From Chloropicon primus (Eukaryota), in contig CP060757.1 of NCBI GenBank assembly GCA_023205875.1, positions 930,001 through 994,000 of the forward strand: DNA of 64,000 nt. Reading direction: 5' to 3'. The notes under the pieces are model-generated. The model ran no database searches and was not told the origin of the DNA. It saw nothing but the letters and a program-made list of their open reading frames with translations. The position numbers and the translations under genes are program-made. Shown piece after piece: positions 54,001 through 63,569 of this stretch (the first letter of the stretch is position 1; the number at the start of each line of letters is the position of its first letter).

Positions 54001-54235
54001 TTAGCACATTTATTCTTCTCCGCTCATCTAGCCCTTGCCTTGTAATACAAAGAACGACGAACTTGGCTGGCTCCTTTCCCTTGGTCGATTTTCCTGGAAA
54101 GCAAAAGGCTGATAGAGCCGGCCGCCGGTTGGGGAGAAAACCTGCAAGGAGGGGCGGAGGAGGGCGACGAGGGTGAGCGAGCCTTTGTGAGCGAGGGAGA
54201 AGCGTTGTGCGGGAGAAGGAGGGGAGGGGGTGACC

Positions 54236-55372
54236 ATGGCGAAGCGTTCCGCGGAGAAGGGTGCGGCGCAGACCCCGCCCGGGAAGCGCACGCGGACGAC
54301 GAGGCAGTCGTCGCGGAACAAGAAGACTGCTGGAAAGGAGGAGAAGCCCAAGGAGGTGGTGTCCTCCTCGAGGCAGGTCGTGGCGGTGGAGAAGTCCAAG
54401 TCGAAGGGGAAGAAGGACGTCGTCCCTCGGGACAGGGGCGCGGAAGTTGTCGCGGTGCAGTCCACGAGCGACTCGGAGAGCAACGTAATTTACATCGGGC
54501 ATGTCCCTCACGGTTTCTTCGAGAACCAGATGAGGGACTATTTCACCCAGTTCGGGGACGTGACTAAGGTGAAGGTTTCCCGCAGCAAGACGACCGGCAA
54601 GTCAAAAGGCTTCGCGTTCGTCGAGTTCGAGTCGCACGAGGTCGCCAAAATCGTTGCGGAGACCATGCACGATTATCTCATGTTCGGACAGAAGCTGGTT
54701 TGCAAGCTGGTTCCTTTGGAGGAGCTCCACCCCCACACGTTCAAGGGCACCAACCAGCGCTTCAAGCAGATCCCTTGGAGGAAGATTGAGAGCGAGAGGC
54801 ACAACAAGGAGAGGACAAAGGGGCAGGAGGCTAAGAGAAAGAGCAAGCTCGCGCACAAGGATGAGAGAAGGCAGCAGAAGATCAAGGACGCGGGCATTGA
54901 CTATGAATTTGATGGGTATGCCTTGAAACCATCCTCGAAGAAGAATAAGTCTTCCGCGAAGAAGAAGCTGGCAGTGAAGAAGACGGCGATTAAGAAGACG
55001 CCAGCGAAGAAGGCGGCAGTCAAGGAGACGCCAGCCAAGAAGACGCCAGCCAGGAAGACGGCTGTCAAGGAGACGCCAGCCAGGAAGACGCCAGCCAGGA
55101 AGACGCCAGCCAAGAAGACGGCAGTGGAGGAGACGCCAGCCAGGAAGACGCCAGCCAAGAAGACGCCAGCCAAGAAGACGCCAGCCAAGAAGGCGGCAGT
55201 CGAGGAGACGCCAGCCAGGAAGACGCCAGCCAAGAGGGCGGCAACCAAGGAGACGCCAGCCAAGAAGGCGCCAGCCAAGAAGGCGGCAGTCAAGAAGACG
55301 CCAGCCAAGAAGACCCTCCCGAAGATCAGCCCGAGAAGGACAAGGTCCAAAACGAGAGCGCAAGCAAAGTAA
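54236..55372 (+). CDS. NOP15: NOP15/NIFK nucleolar RRM protein with histone-H1-like repeat tail
   Basis: VIYIGHVPHGFFE..M..YF.QFG.V...SRSK.TGKSKGFAFVEF...VAETMHDYLMFG, GIDYEF; then KTPA(K/R)K repeats. Confidence 0.9.
   Translation: MAKRSAEKGAAQTPPGKRTRTTRQSSRNKKTAGKEEKPKEVVSSSRQVVAVEKSKSKGKKDVVPRDRGAEVVAVQSTSDSESNVIYIGHVPHGFFENQMRDYFTQFGDVTKVKVSRSKTTGKSKGFAFVEFESHEVAKIVAETMHDYLMFGQKLVCKLVPLEELHPHTFKGTNQRFKQIPWRKIESERHNKERTKGQEAKRKSKLAHKDERRQQKIKDAGIDYEFDGYALKPSSKKNKSSAKKKLAVKKTAIKKTPAKKAAVKETPAKKTPARKTAVKETPARKTPARKTPAKKTAVEETPARKTPAKKTPAKKTPAKKAAVEETPARKTPAKRAATKETPAKKAPAKKAAVKKTPAKKTLPKISPRRTRSKTRAQAK
54957..55315 (+). repeat. Coding 15-bp tandem repeat (AAGACGCCAGCCAAG and variants)
   Basis: About 24 degenerate 15-mer units encoding KKTPA/KKAAV/KETPA. 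Confidence 0.92.
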
Positions 55373-55425
55373 GCAGGGTGGTGATGTAACACGTTCTTAC
55401 AAGATCAGAGAGCTCGCACTCGCAC

Positions 55426-56025
55426 TCACGACAGAGCGTCAAGTTGACTCTGGATTTCTTCAAAATTATTGTACAACTTCTCGAGATCCTTCCTATCGAG
55501 CTCAAATGTCAAGGCCTTCTTCTTCTCCTCGTCCCTGGACTGGTCCAGCAGGTGGAGGTCCAGCACCGCCTTGGGACAAATTTGTTCAACACTTGGGTCA
55601 CTTCCCTTGACCTGCAAGTGAACCCTCCAGTCCACCGACTCCAAGCTCGCGGGCGCACCAAAACCTTTCTTCTTGATCCTCCTGAGAACCTCCTCTCGCT
55701 TCCGCTTCCAAGCCGTCCCAAACGCCAAGCAGTGCTGCTCCGCGACCCCGACCTCTTTCAGGCCAAGCGCGAGGTCTTCCTCCGTCGCCTGAACCTCGAG
55801 GGCCTTGCTGAAAACGAAGGTGCACAGCCTCACAATTGTCCCGGCCTCGCCTTCGCTCAAACCAAACTTTGTCGCGAACACCTCCATCTCCTCGCTCGTC
55901 AAAACTTCGTTCTCTGTGTGAAGCTTCTCCACTGTCCGCTCCAGCAAAGGATACAGTTTTTGAGGGTCGTTCGCATTCACGGCGCCGACGCCTGCATCGA
56001 AAGCTTCCGTCTTTCTGAACTCCAT
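55426..56025 (-). CDS. COMMD10: COMM domain-containing protein 10
   Basis: C-terminal COMM domain LESVDWRVHLQ...PKAVLDL...FELDRKDLEKLYNNFEEIQSQLDALS; the helical N-domain fits COMMD10. Confidence 0.8.
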   Translation of the reverse strand: MEFRKTEAFDAGVGAVNANDPQKLYPLLERTVEKLHTENEVLTSEEMEVFATKFGLSEGEAGTIVRLCTFVFSKALEVQATEEDLALGLKEVGVAEQHCLAFGTAWKRKREEVLRRIKKKGFGAPASLESVDWRVHLQVKGSDPSVEQICPKAVLDLHLLDQSRDEEKKKALTFELDRKDLEKLYNNFEEIQSQLDALS

Positions 56026-56429
56026 CGTCGCAACCTCACCTCAAGGTCCCTCTCGCCCCCTCAAGGTCCCCAGCTCGAGCTCTCCCTCGAGCTCGCCAGG
56101 TGGACAGCCTACAAGCCGACAGAAATGTCCGAAAATCTTGGCTTTGTACGACAACAGGAGGAGAGGAGGGGAGATGGGCGTTACTTGGCTGATGGAGCGT
56201 TTTTCTGCGCGAGCCAAAGTGGTGAGGGGGCAGCGCCAGCAGAAACCAGTGGGGAGGACCTCGCCGAGTGCCTGCGACGAGAGCCACCGAGAGCGACAAG
56301 CCCCGGATCGACCTTTGGCTTGGAAAGAAGTAGTTGCTCTGTGTTTGTCTCAGCGGTGTAGTGGGGGCGAGGCCGTCCAAGATGAAGTTGAGAAGGAGAA
56401 CGAAACAAGAGTGCATAAGGGAGTCGAGT

Positions 56430-57520
56430 ATGAACGTCGTGACTGCCCCGTCTGATGTGAAGCAACTTGATCCAGGTAGGGCACTGATCTCGCATACCGA
56501 GTCTCCAAGGCTGACTCGTGCTTTTTGACTCTCTCTCTCCCTCCCCTGTTGACACCGCAGCCGTGGGCAACGTTTCAGGAGCATCAAGTTCCAACGTGAT
56601 TGTTAACCCCGTGGATACCCTAGGGACACCATGGAGCGCCCGCGAGAGTAACGTTGGCGACAGCGTTGTCGAGCCACTTCCCTTTCCTGCTTTCATGGAA
56701 CCTGTAGTGGTGATGAGCAGTAGCGACACGTGCAGCCTCGACCAGGACAGGCACTTGACGCCAGAAGGCAGCGACCTGGCGAGCAACGTGAGCGAGGACA
56801 CGAAGACTGTTGTTGATGAGGTAAGTTTCCCCGTTGCTGCTTTGCCTTCTTGCCCTCTTACCCCCTCCTCTAACTATTTTCCTCGCCTACCTGCCCTCGC
56901 TCCTCAGGCGCACATCAGGTTGAAGCTCTCCAAGCAGATTGACAAGCTGCCTGAGCCTTACAAGAGCAAGATGAAAGCGCTGTGCCAAGAGAAGGAGAAG
57001 GAGCAGTCAGAGATCAAAGCCAAGATGGAAAGGGTCACGCTGAGCGCCGATGGCATGAGGCAGCCATTCTTGTCCATCGAAGACCAGAAAAGGTGGACGA
57101 AGCAGAGCGACGATCTCGTGAAAGCTACGCTCGAGAAGTGCTTGCACATGCTTCAGCAGTTGAAGCGGAACACGAACAAGGTGGCCCCTGAAAAAGATCC
57201 GGATGTGCTAAGGACTTGGCTCCACGATCACTTCGACAATCCGTATCCCACGTCCGCGGACAAGGACAAGCTCGCAGAGCAGTCCGGTTACACGAAGAAG
57301 CAAGTTACCAATTGGTTCATCAATGCTCGCGTGCGTTTGTGGAGGCCCATGATTCTCCAATCAGAGAAACAAATCGTGCATAAAACCAAAAAGGGAGGCC
57401 CAAAGGTATGCTTTCGTCTTTTTATTCCTTCGTACAGGTTGGTTGGTAATCTCTCTCTTTCTTCGGCTGACTCCTCGCTTCACTTGCTGCAAGTAGGGTA
57501 AAAAGGTCAGGGCCAAGTGA
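56430..57520 (+). CDS. TALE-class homeodomain transcription factor, BELL/GSP1-like; predicted exons 56430-56475, 56561-56820, 56908-57405, 57497-57520 (alternative in-frame ATG at 56382)
   Basis: [49 protein letters not shown], with the PYP three-amino-acid loop extension and BELL-type helix 3; GT-AG introns keep the frame. Confidence 0.88.
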
Positions 57521-57657
57521 GTATCTGGCTCTTTGCCTTCATTCGTTTCCTGGCAGGCGGCGCCCCGACCCTTGGCTTTTGCCCGCCTAAGCTTTTTTCC
57601 ACCAGCGCCCGTCGTTGCGGTTAAACTTTTGTTCACCAGCAGATCTTTTCATACACG

Positions 57658-58107
57658 TCAGTTCTGAAGTATGCTGATGGTCGAGCTCACGATCAATGGA
57701 ATGCTCTCAATCACAGCGCAGCATATCCCGGCGGAGCACGCCACTGCTAGACCAAGGCTTCGAGTGCGCGCCACGTCGTTCTCCTTCCCAGGTGCGCCCG
57801 CCTTCCCTTCGACGTCGACGCCCTTGTTGGTGGCGAGGTTGGGTTCCGTGGCAGCGGCATCGCCAACGACTTCGACCGACCTCACGTTTTCGGACTTGGA
57901 TTCGAGGCTCCCCTGAGCACGGCTCTCTGAGGGCTGCTGCGTGACGTTCTCGTTCCTCACCGCGAGCACCCTTGCCCTTTCCTCCTCCTCCCTCCTCCTT
58001 TCCTCCTCCTGGATCTTCTTCTTCATCCTTTTCTTCTTCTTGGGATTGATCCTCCTCAGCATCTTCTTGAAGGGGCTCACCTTCTTCTTCTCCTTCACTT
58101 CCTCCAT
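57658..58107 (-). CDS. Hypothetical protein (basic N-terminus, C-terminal hydrophobic helix)
   Basis: 149-aa ATG-started ORF with coding-like composition that fills the gap between genes; no recognised domain. Confidence 0.5.
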   Translation of the reverse strand: MEEVKEKKKVSPFKKMLRRINPKKKKRMKKKIQEEERRREEEERARVLAVRNENVTQQPSESRAQGSLESKSENVRSVEVVGDAAATEPNLATNKGVDVEGKAGAPGKENDVARTRSLGLAVACSAGICCAVIESIPLIVSSTISILQN

Positions 58108-58202
58108 CCCTCGCCCTCCTCACAACAACAAACACCTTCCTCCAGTTTCCAAAGGTGCTCCCTCTCGTCAGCTGTCAACTTGCTTTTGAACAGGAGGCGA
58201 GG

Positions 58203-59141
58203 ATGTCGGTGAACCACGGAGCGTTGCTTGGAAGGGCACGGAAGCTTGTTCCGAGGCTGGGAGGGGAGCTTGCGGGTTACAAGGGGCAGGCTGGGAAGGT
58301 GGGCGTTTTCGGCGGCTGCACGGAATACACAGGCGCGCCGTACTACGCAGCAATAGCGGCACTCAGGTGCGGGGCGGACCTGTCTCACGTGTTCACCACC
58401 CGAGGTGCCGCGACGGTTATCAAGACGTACAGCCCGGAGCTCATCGTGCACCCGTACCTGTACGAGTCCGAGGATCTCGGGGGTGAGGCGGAGGCCCGGG
58501 GAGACGCCGAGCTGCCCGAGCGGGCCGTCGAGAGGGTCTGCGAATGGCTGCCCAAGCTGTCTTGCTTGGTGGTGGGGCCCGGTCTGGGCCGCGATCCCGT
58601 GGCCCTGTCCACGGCGGAGAGGGTGATGCACAAGGCCATGCAAATGAACGTGCCCCTGGTTGTCGATGCCGACGGTCTGTGGGTGTGGAACAGCCCCTCC
58701 TTCGACCCGAGGCCGTTTGCAGAGAAGGACCAAGCCGTAGTCCTCACTCCCAATGCCGTGGAGTGCAACAGGCTTCGAGCGAGGTATGGCACGGACCTGG
58801 GGGGCGCGTTGGGGGAGAATATTGTCGTGATCGAGAAGGGCGAGCACGACCAGATCAGGGTGGGCGGAGGCCCCGCCACGGTCGTGGACACGGAGGGAAG
58901 CCCGAGAAGATGCGGAGGCCAAGGGGACGTGCTAGCTGGGTGCGTTGCGACTTTTCTGTCGTGGGGTAGGAAGGCGGTGGGCACCGAGGGTGACCCTAGC
59001 TGGAAGACCGCGAGCGCCTACGCCGGAGCGAGGCTGACCCGCTCGGCATCCAAGGCAGCCTTCGCGAAGCGTGGCAGGGCGACCTTGTGCACCGACCTGG
59101 TCGAAGAGATCGGACCCGCTTTCTCCGCGCTCTTCGACTAA
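58203..59141 (+). CDS. NAXD: ATP-dependent (S)-NAD(P)H-hydrate dehydratase
   Basis: KGQAGKVGVFGGCTEYTGAPYYAA, IKTYSPELIVHP, VGPGLGRD, DADG, LTPNAVE, GSPRRCGGQGDVLAG. Confidence 0.95.
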   Translation: MSVNHGALLGRARKLVPRLGGELAGYKGQAGKVGVFGGCTEYTGAPYYAAIAALRCGADLSHVFTTRGAATVIKTYSPELIVHPYLYESEDLGGEAEARGDAELPERAVERVCEWLPKLSCLVVGPGLGRDPVALSTAERVMHKAMQMNVPLVVDADGLWVWNSPSFDPRPFAEKDQAVVLTPNAVECNRLRARYGTDLGGALGENIVVIEKGEHDQIRVGGGPATVVDTEGSPRRCGGQGDVLAGCVATFLSWGRKAVGTEGDPSWKTASAYAGARLTRSASKAAFAKRGRATLCTDLVEEIGPAFSALFD

Positions 59142-59262
59142 CACAGAGACGGGGGTCCCTGGGTGGTCGAGTCGAGTCGAGTCGAGTCGAGTGTGGCTTG
59201 CTTTGTGTGTATATATATATATATATGTATGAAATAAACCAATAAACGAACAAAGACCAGGT

Positions 59263-59830
59263 TCACTCGGTCTCGGTAAGGTTCGTCGGAACCACCTCGT
59301 CGCCAGCGCTGCTTGGGAGGAGAGCGGCAGCAGGAAGAGTCAGTGGGCGCGCAAGAGAGAATGGCGGGTTGAGAGGGTGTGCCTTACCCGAGTTCGATGA
59401 CGTCCTCCCCGGTCCATAACACGTCCTCAATCGTCGTGTTTTGGCTCACCAAGAGCTCATCTCCCGCCTCCTCCGTCAGAGGGGGGAGGAGGGAGTCCGG
59501 CATCTCCTCGCGCCTCGCACGCATTCTTGCGAATATCTCCTCGCGCCTTGAGCGCGCCTCCTCGCGCATCCCCTCGCGCCTCGCAAGCGCCTCCTCGCGC
59601 CTCTCCTGGATTCTCTGCCGTGCTCTCGCCCTCCTGTCCTGCAAAGCTTGACGCCGGTCATCAATGGCGTCCGGCGAACGCTCGTTCTGTCCGTAGCACC
59701 CGGGGGCCGTGGCAGTACCGAGAGCGAGGCAGATCAGCAGCGACAAGGAAACAACCCTCCTGTGGAACGACGACATCGCGAGAGAACCCTTGCGCGGCCT
59801 TGGTGCTGTTTTTCCATTCTCCCCCTCCAT
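59263..59830 (-). CDS. Hypothetical secreted protein with R/E-rich helix; probable intron 59386-59309
   Basis: Signal-like VVSLSLLICLALGTATA; the GTAAG...CTGAC...CAG intron gives C-terminus ELGAGDEVVPTNLTETE*. Confidence 0.5.
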
Positions 59831-60077
59831 TCTTCCTTAAATTCTTCACAGCGTTAGCTTCTAGGCAACGCCGGCGGAGACGGCTTGGAGGAGGAGGCTG
59901 TACTGAAGGGAAAGGAGGTTGTTGTTGTCTGGGTGCCCCACACGTCCAGGCCCGTTCTCTCTCTCTCTCTCTCTCTCTCTCAAGGGGTTTTAGAGAAGAT
60001 TAGTTTGTACTGTACAAACAGGAAAGCATGGGTTGCAGTCCACAGGTTTAGTCCTTAGCGTGAGATGAAATCGAACG

Positions 60078-61229
60078 TCATACGTGAACCTTCCTGGGTT
60101 CGGAGAACTCCTTTGACGGCCTGAGGGGCGGCTTGATGTTCACCACCATGACGGTCATGTTATCGCAGCCCTTGCCTACTCCAGCGGTGTCCGGCGCCAG
60201 ACAATAATCGCAAATCTCTTCACAAATCTTCTGCAGCGGCAGCTTGCCATTCCTCTCCCGAACAAAGTCGACCGCCTCCTGGTTTGTCATCACGTCCCAT
60301 ATTCCATCGCAGGCCAGGATGATGAACTCGTCGTCCTTGTGCAGCCTGCACGAGAAGATCTCCGGGAAAGCGGTCACAGCGTGCTGCCTGGGGTTGAGAT
60401 CCCTGTTTTGCTTGTACTCCATGTCCCCCAGGGCTCGGCTCAGGTTGAGGCTGCCGTTGACCCTTCCGTCCGTCACGAACCCGCCCGCCCTTTGGATCCT
60501 GTCGGCCTCGTCGTGGTCGAGGGGCTTGTGGTCCCTGGACATGGCGACGGCTTTGCCCTTCCGGCAGAAGACGCACCGGCTGTCGCCAGCGTTCGCGACG
60601 ATGATTTCGTCCTTCACGACCACGGCGACGACCGCGGTGCAGCCCGCCGAGGGGCCGACCAGGTTCCTCTCCCCCGCGTCGCTGCCCATCGCCACGGCCT
60701 CCGCCAACGTGTCGACGGCGTCGTCGTCGAACCGGATGTCGTCGTCGCCCTCCTCGCCGGTCTTATTCATTCCCTGCCTGAACCCCATAAGGAGCTGCTT
60801 CACCTGGGCCTGGGCGTCCCTCATCTGCTCCCCGTCCTCGCCGTCGGCGTCCAGGGGGTTCCTGTCCGGCCTCTTCGCCAGCTGGTTGAGCTCCTTGTAG
60901 CTGGACTCCTTTCTCATGAGGTCGTCCATCCCCAAAAAAGTCTCCGCAAGGGACTCCGCCATCTTCCCCTCCTTGAGCCCCTTCGAGCCCTTCCAAACTT
61001 CGAGCAGGTGCCTCGAGCAGAATTGGGCGACCTCCCTCCCCCCGTGGCCGTCGAACACGCCGTATATCCCCGAGAACTGGTGCTCCGTCTTCGCGTCCAA
61101 GCAAGCGAGGTGCGCGTCCTCCATATCAATCCTCCACCCCTGCATGGAGGAGACCCCGTACTCAAAGTACTCGTTCTCCCCCGTCTCTCCGTGCTTCTCC
61201 GTGATTGGAGCACTCATGTAAGCACCCAT
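60078..61229 (-). CDS. Protein phosphatase 2C (PPM1G/Ptc2-like, N-myristoylation motif)
   Basis: MGAYMSAP, SSMQGWRIDMEDAH, GVFDGHGG, ANAGDSR, LSRALGD, LACDGIWD, GCDNMT. Confidence 0.95.
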   Translation of the reverse strand: MGAYMSAPITEKHGETGENEYFEYGVSSMQGWRIDMEDAHLACLDAKTEHQFSGIYGVFDGHGGREVAQFCSRHLLEVWKGSKGLKEGKMAESLAETFLGMDDLMRKESSYKELNQLAKRPDRNPLDADGEDGEQMRDAQAQVKQLLMGFRQGMNKTGEEGDDDIRFDDDAVDTLAEAVAMGSDAGERNLVGPSAGCTAVVAVVVKDEIIVANAGDSRCVFCRKGKAVAMSRDHKPLDHDEADRIQRAGGFVTDGRVNGSLNLSRALGDMEYKQNRDLNPRQHAVTAFPEIFSCRLHKDDEFIILACDGIWDVMTNQEAVDFVRERNGKLPLQKICEEICDYCLAPDTAGVGKGCDNMTVMVVNIKPPLRPSKEFSEPRKVHV

Positions 61230-61708
61230 GGCGGCCTCTCCTCTCGTTCGACGCCTCCAAAAAGAAAATCCCCCGCTTCCAGCTGGCAGATCGAGTGGCC
61301 CTTCTTATCTGGCACCTCGAAACTCGGAGTGCTTCTTTCTCGCACCGCTCACGCAACACCCGCACGAAAAACCTCAAGCCGCCGTTGCAACCCGAAGCCT
61401 CTTTCCCTCTCCCCTCTCTCCTCTCCCTCTCTCCCTCTCTCCCTCTCTCTCCCTTTCTCCTCTCTCCTCCGACCTAAAGACAAGCCACCTCCGCTCCAAA
61501 CTCACGACGCGGACCAACCGCCTTCTTTCTACGGCGCCAAGTCAAGTCAAGTGCTGCGAATAGTGTAAAAAAAATACATCTCAATCTGAATGCAGCCACG
61601 AGGCCTTCGCCTTCATCTGTCGGGGCGGGGCGGCACTCATCATCATGGGCGTGGTGCACCTGGGCGTGCGTTGAGGGGACCGCCTCGGATCGATCGACGA
61701 CGACGGGG

Positions 61709-63298
61709 ATGGACGAGGGTTCCAGCAGAGCGCAGTCCGTCCAGGAGGCCCTGTCCGAGGCCTCCGACTCTCTGCTCCGGGTGGAGGTGAGGGCCGGGAG
61801 GGGCAGGTGCCTGGTCGCGGAGAGGCCGGTGAGGAAGGGGCGAGTTGTGCTGAGGGAGATGCCCTACGCCTCCGTCCTGAACGCGAACAAGGTCGGGACG
61901 CACTGCGACTACACGTTCAAACCGGGGGGGGGCAAGCTCCTGCGGTGCTCCAGGACCAAGGTCGTCAAGTACTTGGATCGGGAGGCCCAAGCCGGGGCGT
62001 GGAAGGCCTACTTTCGGGACGAGTGCAGAGTCGCGTCGAAGATGATGGAGGAGAAGGGCGAGGAGTTCTACTCGAGGCTCTGCATGAGATCCACCCTGCG
62101 GCTCGTCTGCAGAATGTACTGGACTAGGAAAGCGCGGTCCCCCCTGCAGTGGACTCTTGTGTCTCAGCTGCACAGCAACTGGGAGACGAGCTCGGACGCG
62201 GTGAAAATGACGTGGGCCGAGTCCGCGGCCCACGCCCACCAGATCCTGAAGCTGACCGAGGACTCCGCCCCGAGCGTGAAGGAGTTGTGCGCCATGTTCG
62301 CGGCGGTGTCGTGCAACAACCTGATGGTTCAAGACGACTACAACGAACCGGTGGGGTTTGGGATCTACCCCCTCGCCTCGATCACCAACCACTCGTGCAC
62401 GCCCAACTGTGTCCAGGCTTTCTCTGGCAAGAAGCTGTCCCTGATGTGCGTTCGAGACATCCGGGCGGGGGAGGAGATCACGATATCGTACGCGGACTTG
62501 TTCAGCTTGCACTCGGAGAGACGTGCGACTTTGCTTTCGGGATACGGCTTTGACATCGACGCCCGAACAGGGGGGGAGGCGGTGGGGGCCGTGGTCAGTG
62601 CGAGCCCCCTGGTGGAGGCTTTTCGGGCCGAAGGGGACCCCCCGGGGAGCGGCGGGGTCCCAAAAAGCCTCGTGAGTGACGGCGAGGCCACCTTTACCGA
62701 GATTCGAGTGGCGGGTGGGAGGCACGTGGGAAGGGGATTCACTCAGATCGACGAAGAGGTTGGTGGCTCGGAGGGGGGTCAGAAAGCTGTGTGCTCGTTC
62801 GCCAGCAAGGACCACGCCCGTGCAGCAGGACTGGTTCTGCACCAGATCCAGGAGGGGCTCACGCGGTCCGAGCAGCTGCTCAACCAAAGCAAATTTCGGG
62901 AGGCTCGCGAGGCGGTGACAAAGGCGGTCAAGCAGTGCGAGGGGTCGGTTGTGGACGGCTGCGATGTGCAGCTCAGTGAGCACCATATTTTGCGTCTTCG
63001 GGGTCTTCACCTTTTGAGCCACACTGCACTGTTTCTCTCCGACTTTGAGACGGCCCTGAATGTAGGAAGAGAGCTCGCCGAGCCCTTCTCCAGGCTCTAT
63101 CCTAACCCGTGGCCAAACCTGGGCTTCCACCTTTCGATGCTGGCAAACTTGGAGGCTGATCCCAGCCTGGGCGGGACCAAAGAACAAGCGATCGCGCGTG
63201 CGAGGGAGGCCGCCGCTATCCTGGAGGCGACAACCCCGAGATCCAATGTCACTAGGCTCCAGATGGAAGCCTTGGTGCGGGAAGCCGCTGGGCGATAA
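61709..63298 (+). CDS. SMYD/ASHR1-type SET-MYND lysine methyltransferase (degenerate MYND)
   Basis: GRGRCLVA split SET start, GIYP.AS..NHSCTPNC, IRAGEEITISY, YGF; TPR-like C-terminus. Confidence 0.88.
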   Translation: MDEGSSRAQSVQEALSEASDSLLRVEVRAGRGRCLVAERPVRKGRVVLREMPYASVLNANKVGTHCDYTFKPGGGKLLRCSRTKVVKYLDREAQAGAWKAYFRDECRVASKMMEEKGEEFYSRLCMRSTLRLVCRMYWTRKARSPLQWTLVSQLHSNWETSSDAVKMTWAESAAHAHQILKLTEDSAPSVKELCAMFAAVSCNNLMVQDDYNEPVGFGIYPLASITNHSCTPNCVQAFSGKKLSLMCVRDIRAGEEITISYADLFSLHSERRATLLSGYGFDIDARTGGEAVGAVVSASPLVEAFRAEGDPPGSGGVPKSLVSDGEATFTEIRVAGGRHVGRGFTQIDEEVGGSEGGQKAVCSFASKDHARAAGLVLHQIQEGLTRSEQLLNQSKFREAREAVTKAVKQCEGSVVDGCDVQLSEHHILRLRGLHLLSHTALFLSDFETALNVGRELAEPFSRLYPNPWPNLGFHLSMLANLEADPSLGGTKEQAIARAREAAAILEATTPRSNVTRLQMEALVREAAGR

Positions 63299-63569
63299 GC
63301 CCTTGTGTACATAACGACAACAACAACAACAACAACAAAACCTTTGTAATTATTCAATCCTCTCTCCCTCTCTCTCTCTCTCTCTTCTCGCTTGGCCTGA
63401 GCCAATCGATCCGCCTGTTCCCTCATCCCCCCGTGGCACTGGGATGGGATAGCGTCGCGCCAAACCCTAACGCAAAGCAGGTGTATAACGCTCGAGAGCG
63501 AGCCGGGGCTCGGGAGAAGAGGAGGGGACTCGGACTCGGACTCGGACTCGGTTCCGCCGGACAAGCGCG

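Noticed and set aside
54957..55315. Regular repeat array superficially like CRISPR
   Set aside because: The 15-bp units have no unique spacers and lie in frame inside a eukaryotic CDS; no cas genes are present.
63462..63470. AAACCCTAA telomere-like/telo-box motif upstream of the EBS-like gene
   Set aside because: A single copy is expected by chance and is not a telomeric array; a regulatory role cannot be supported.
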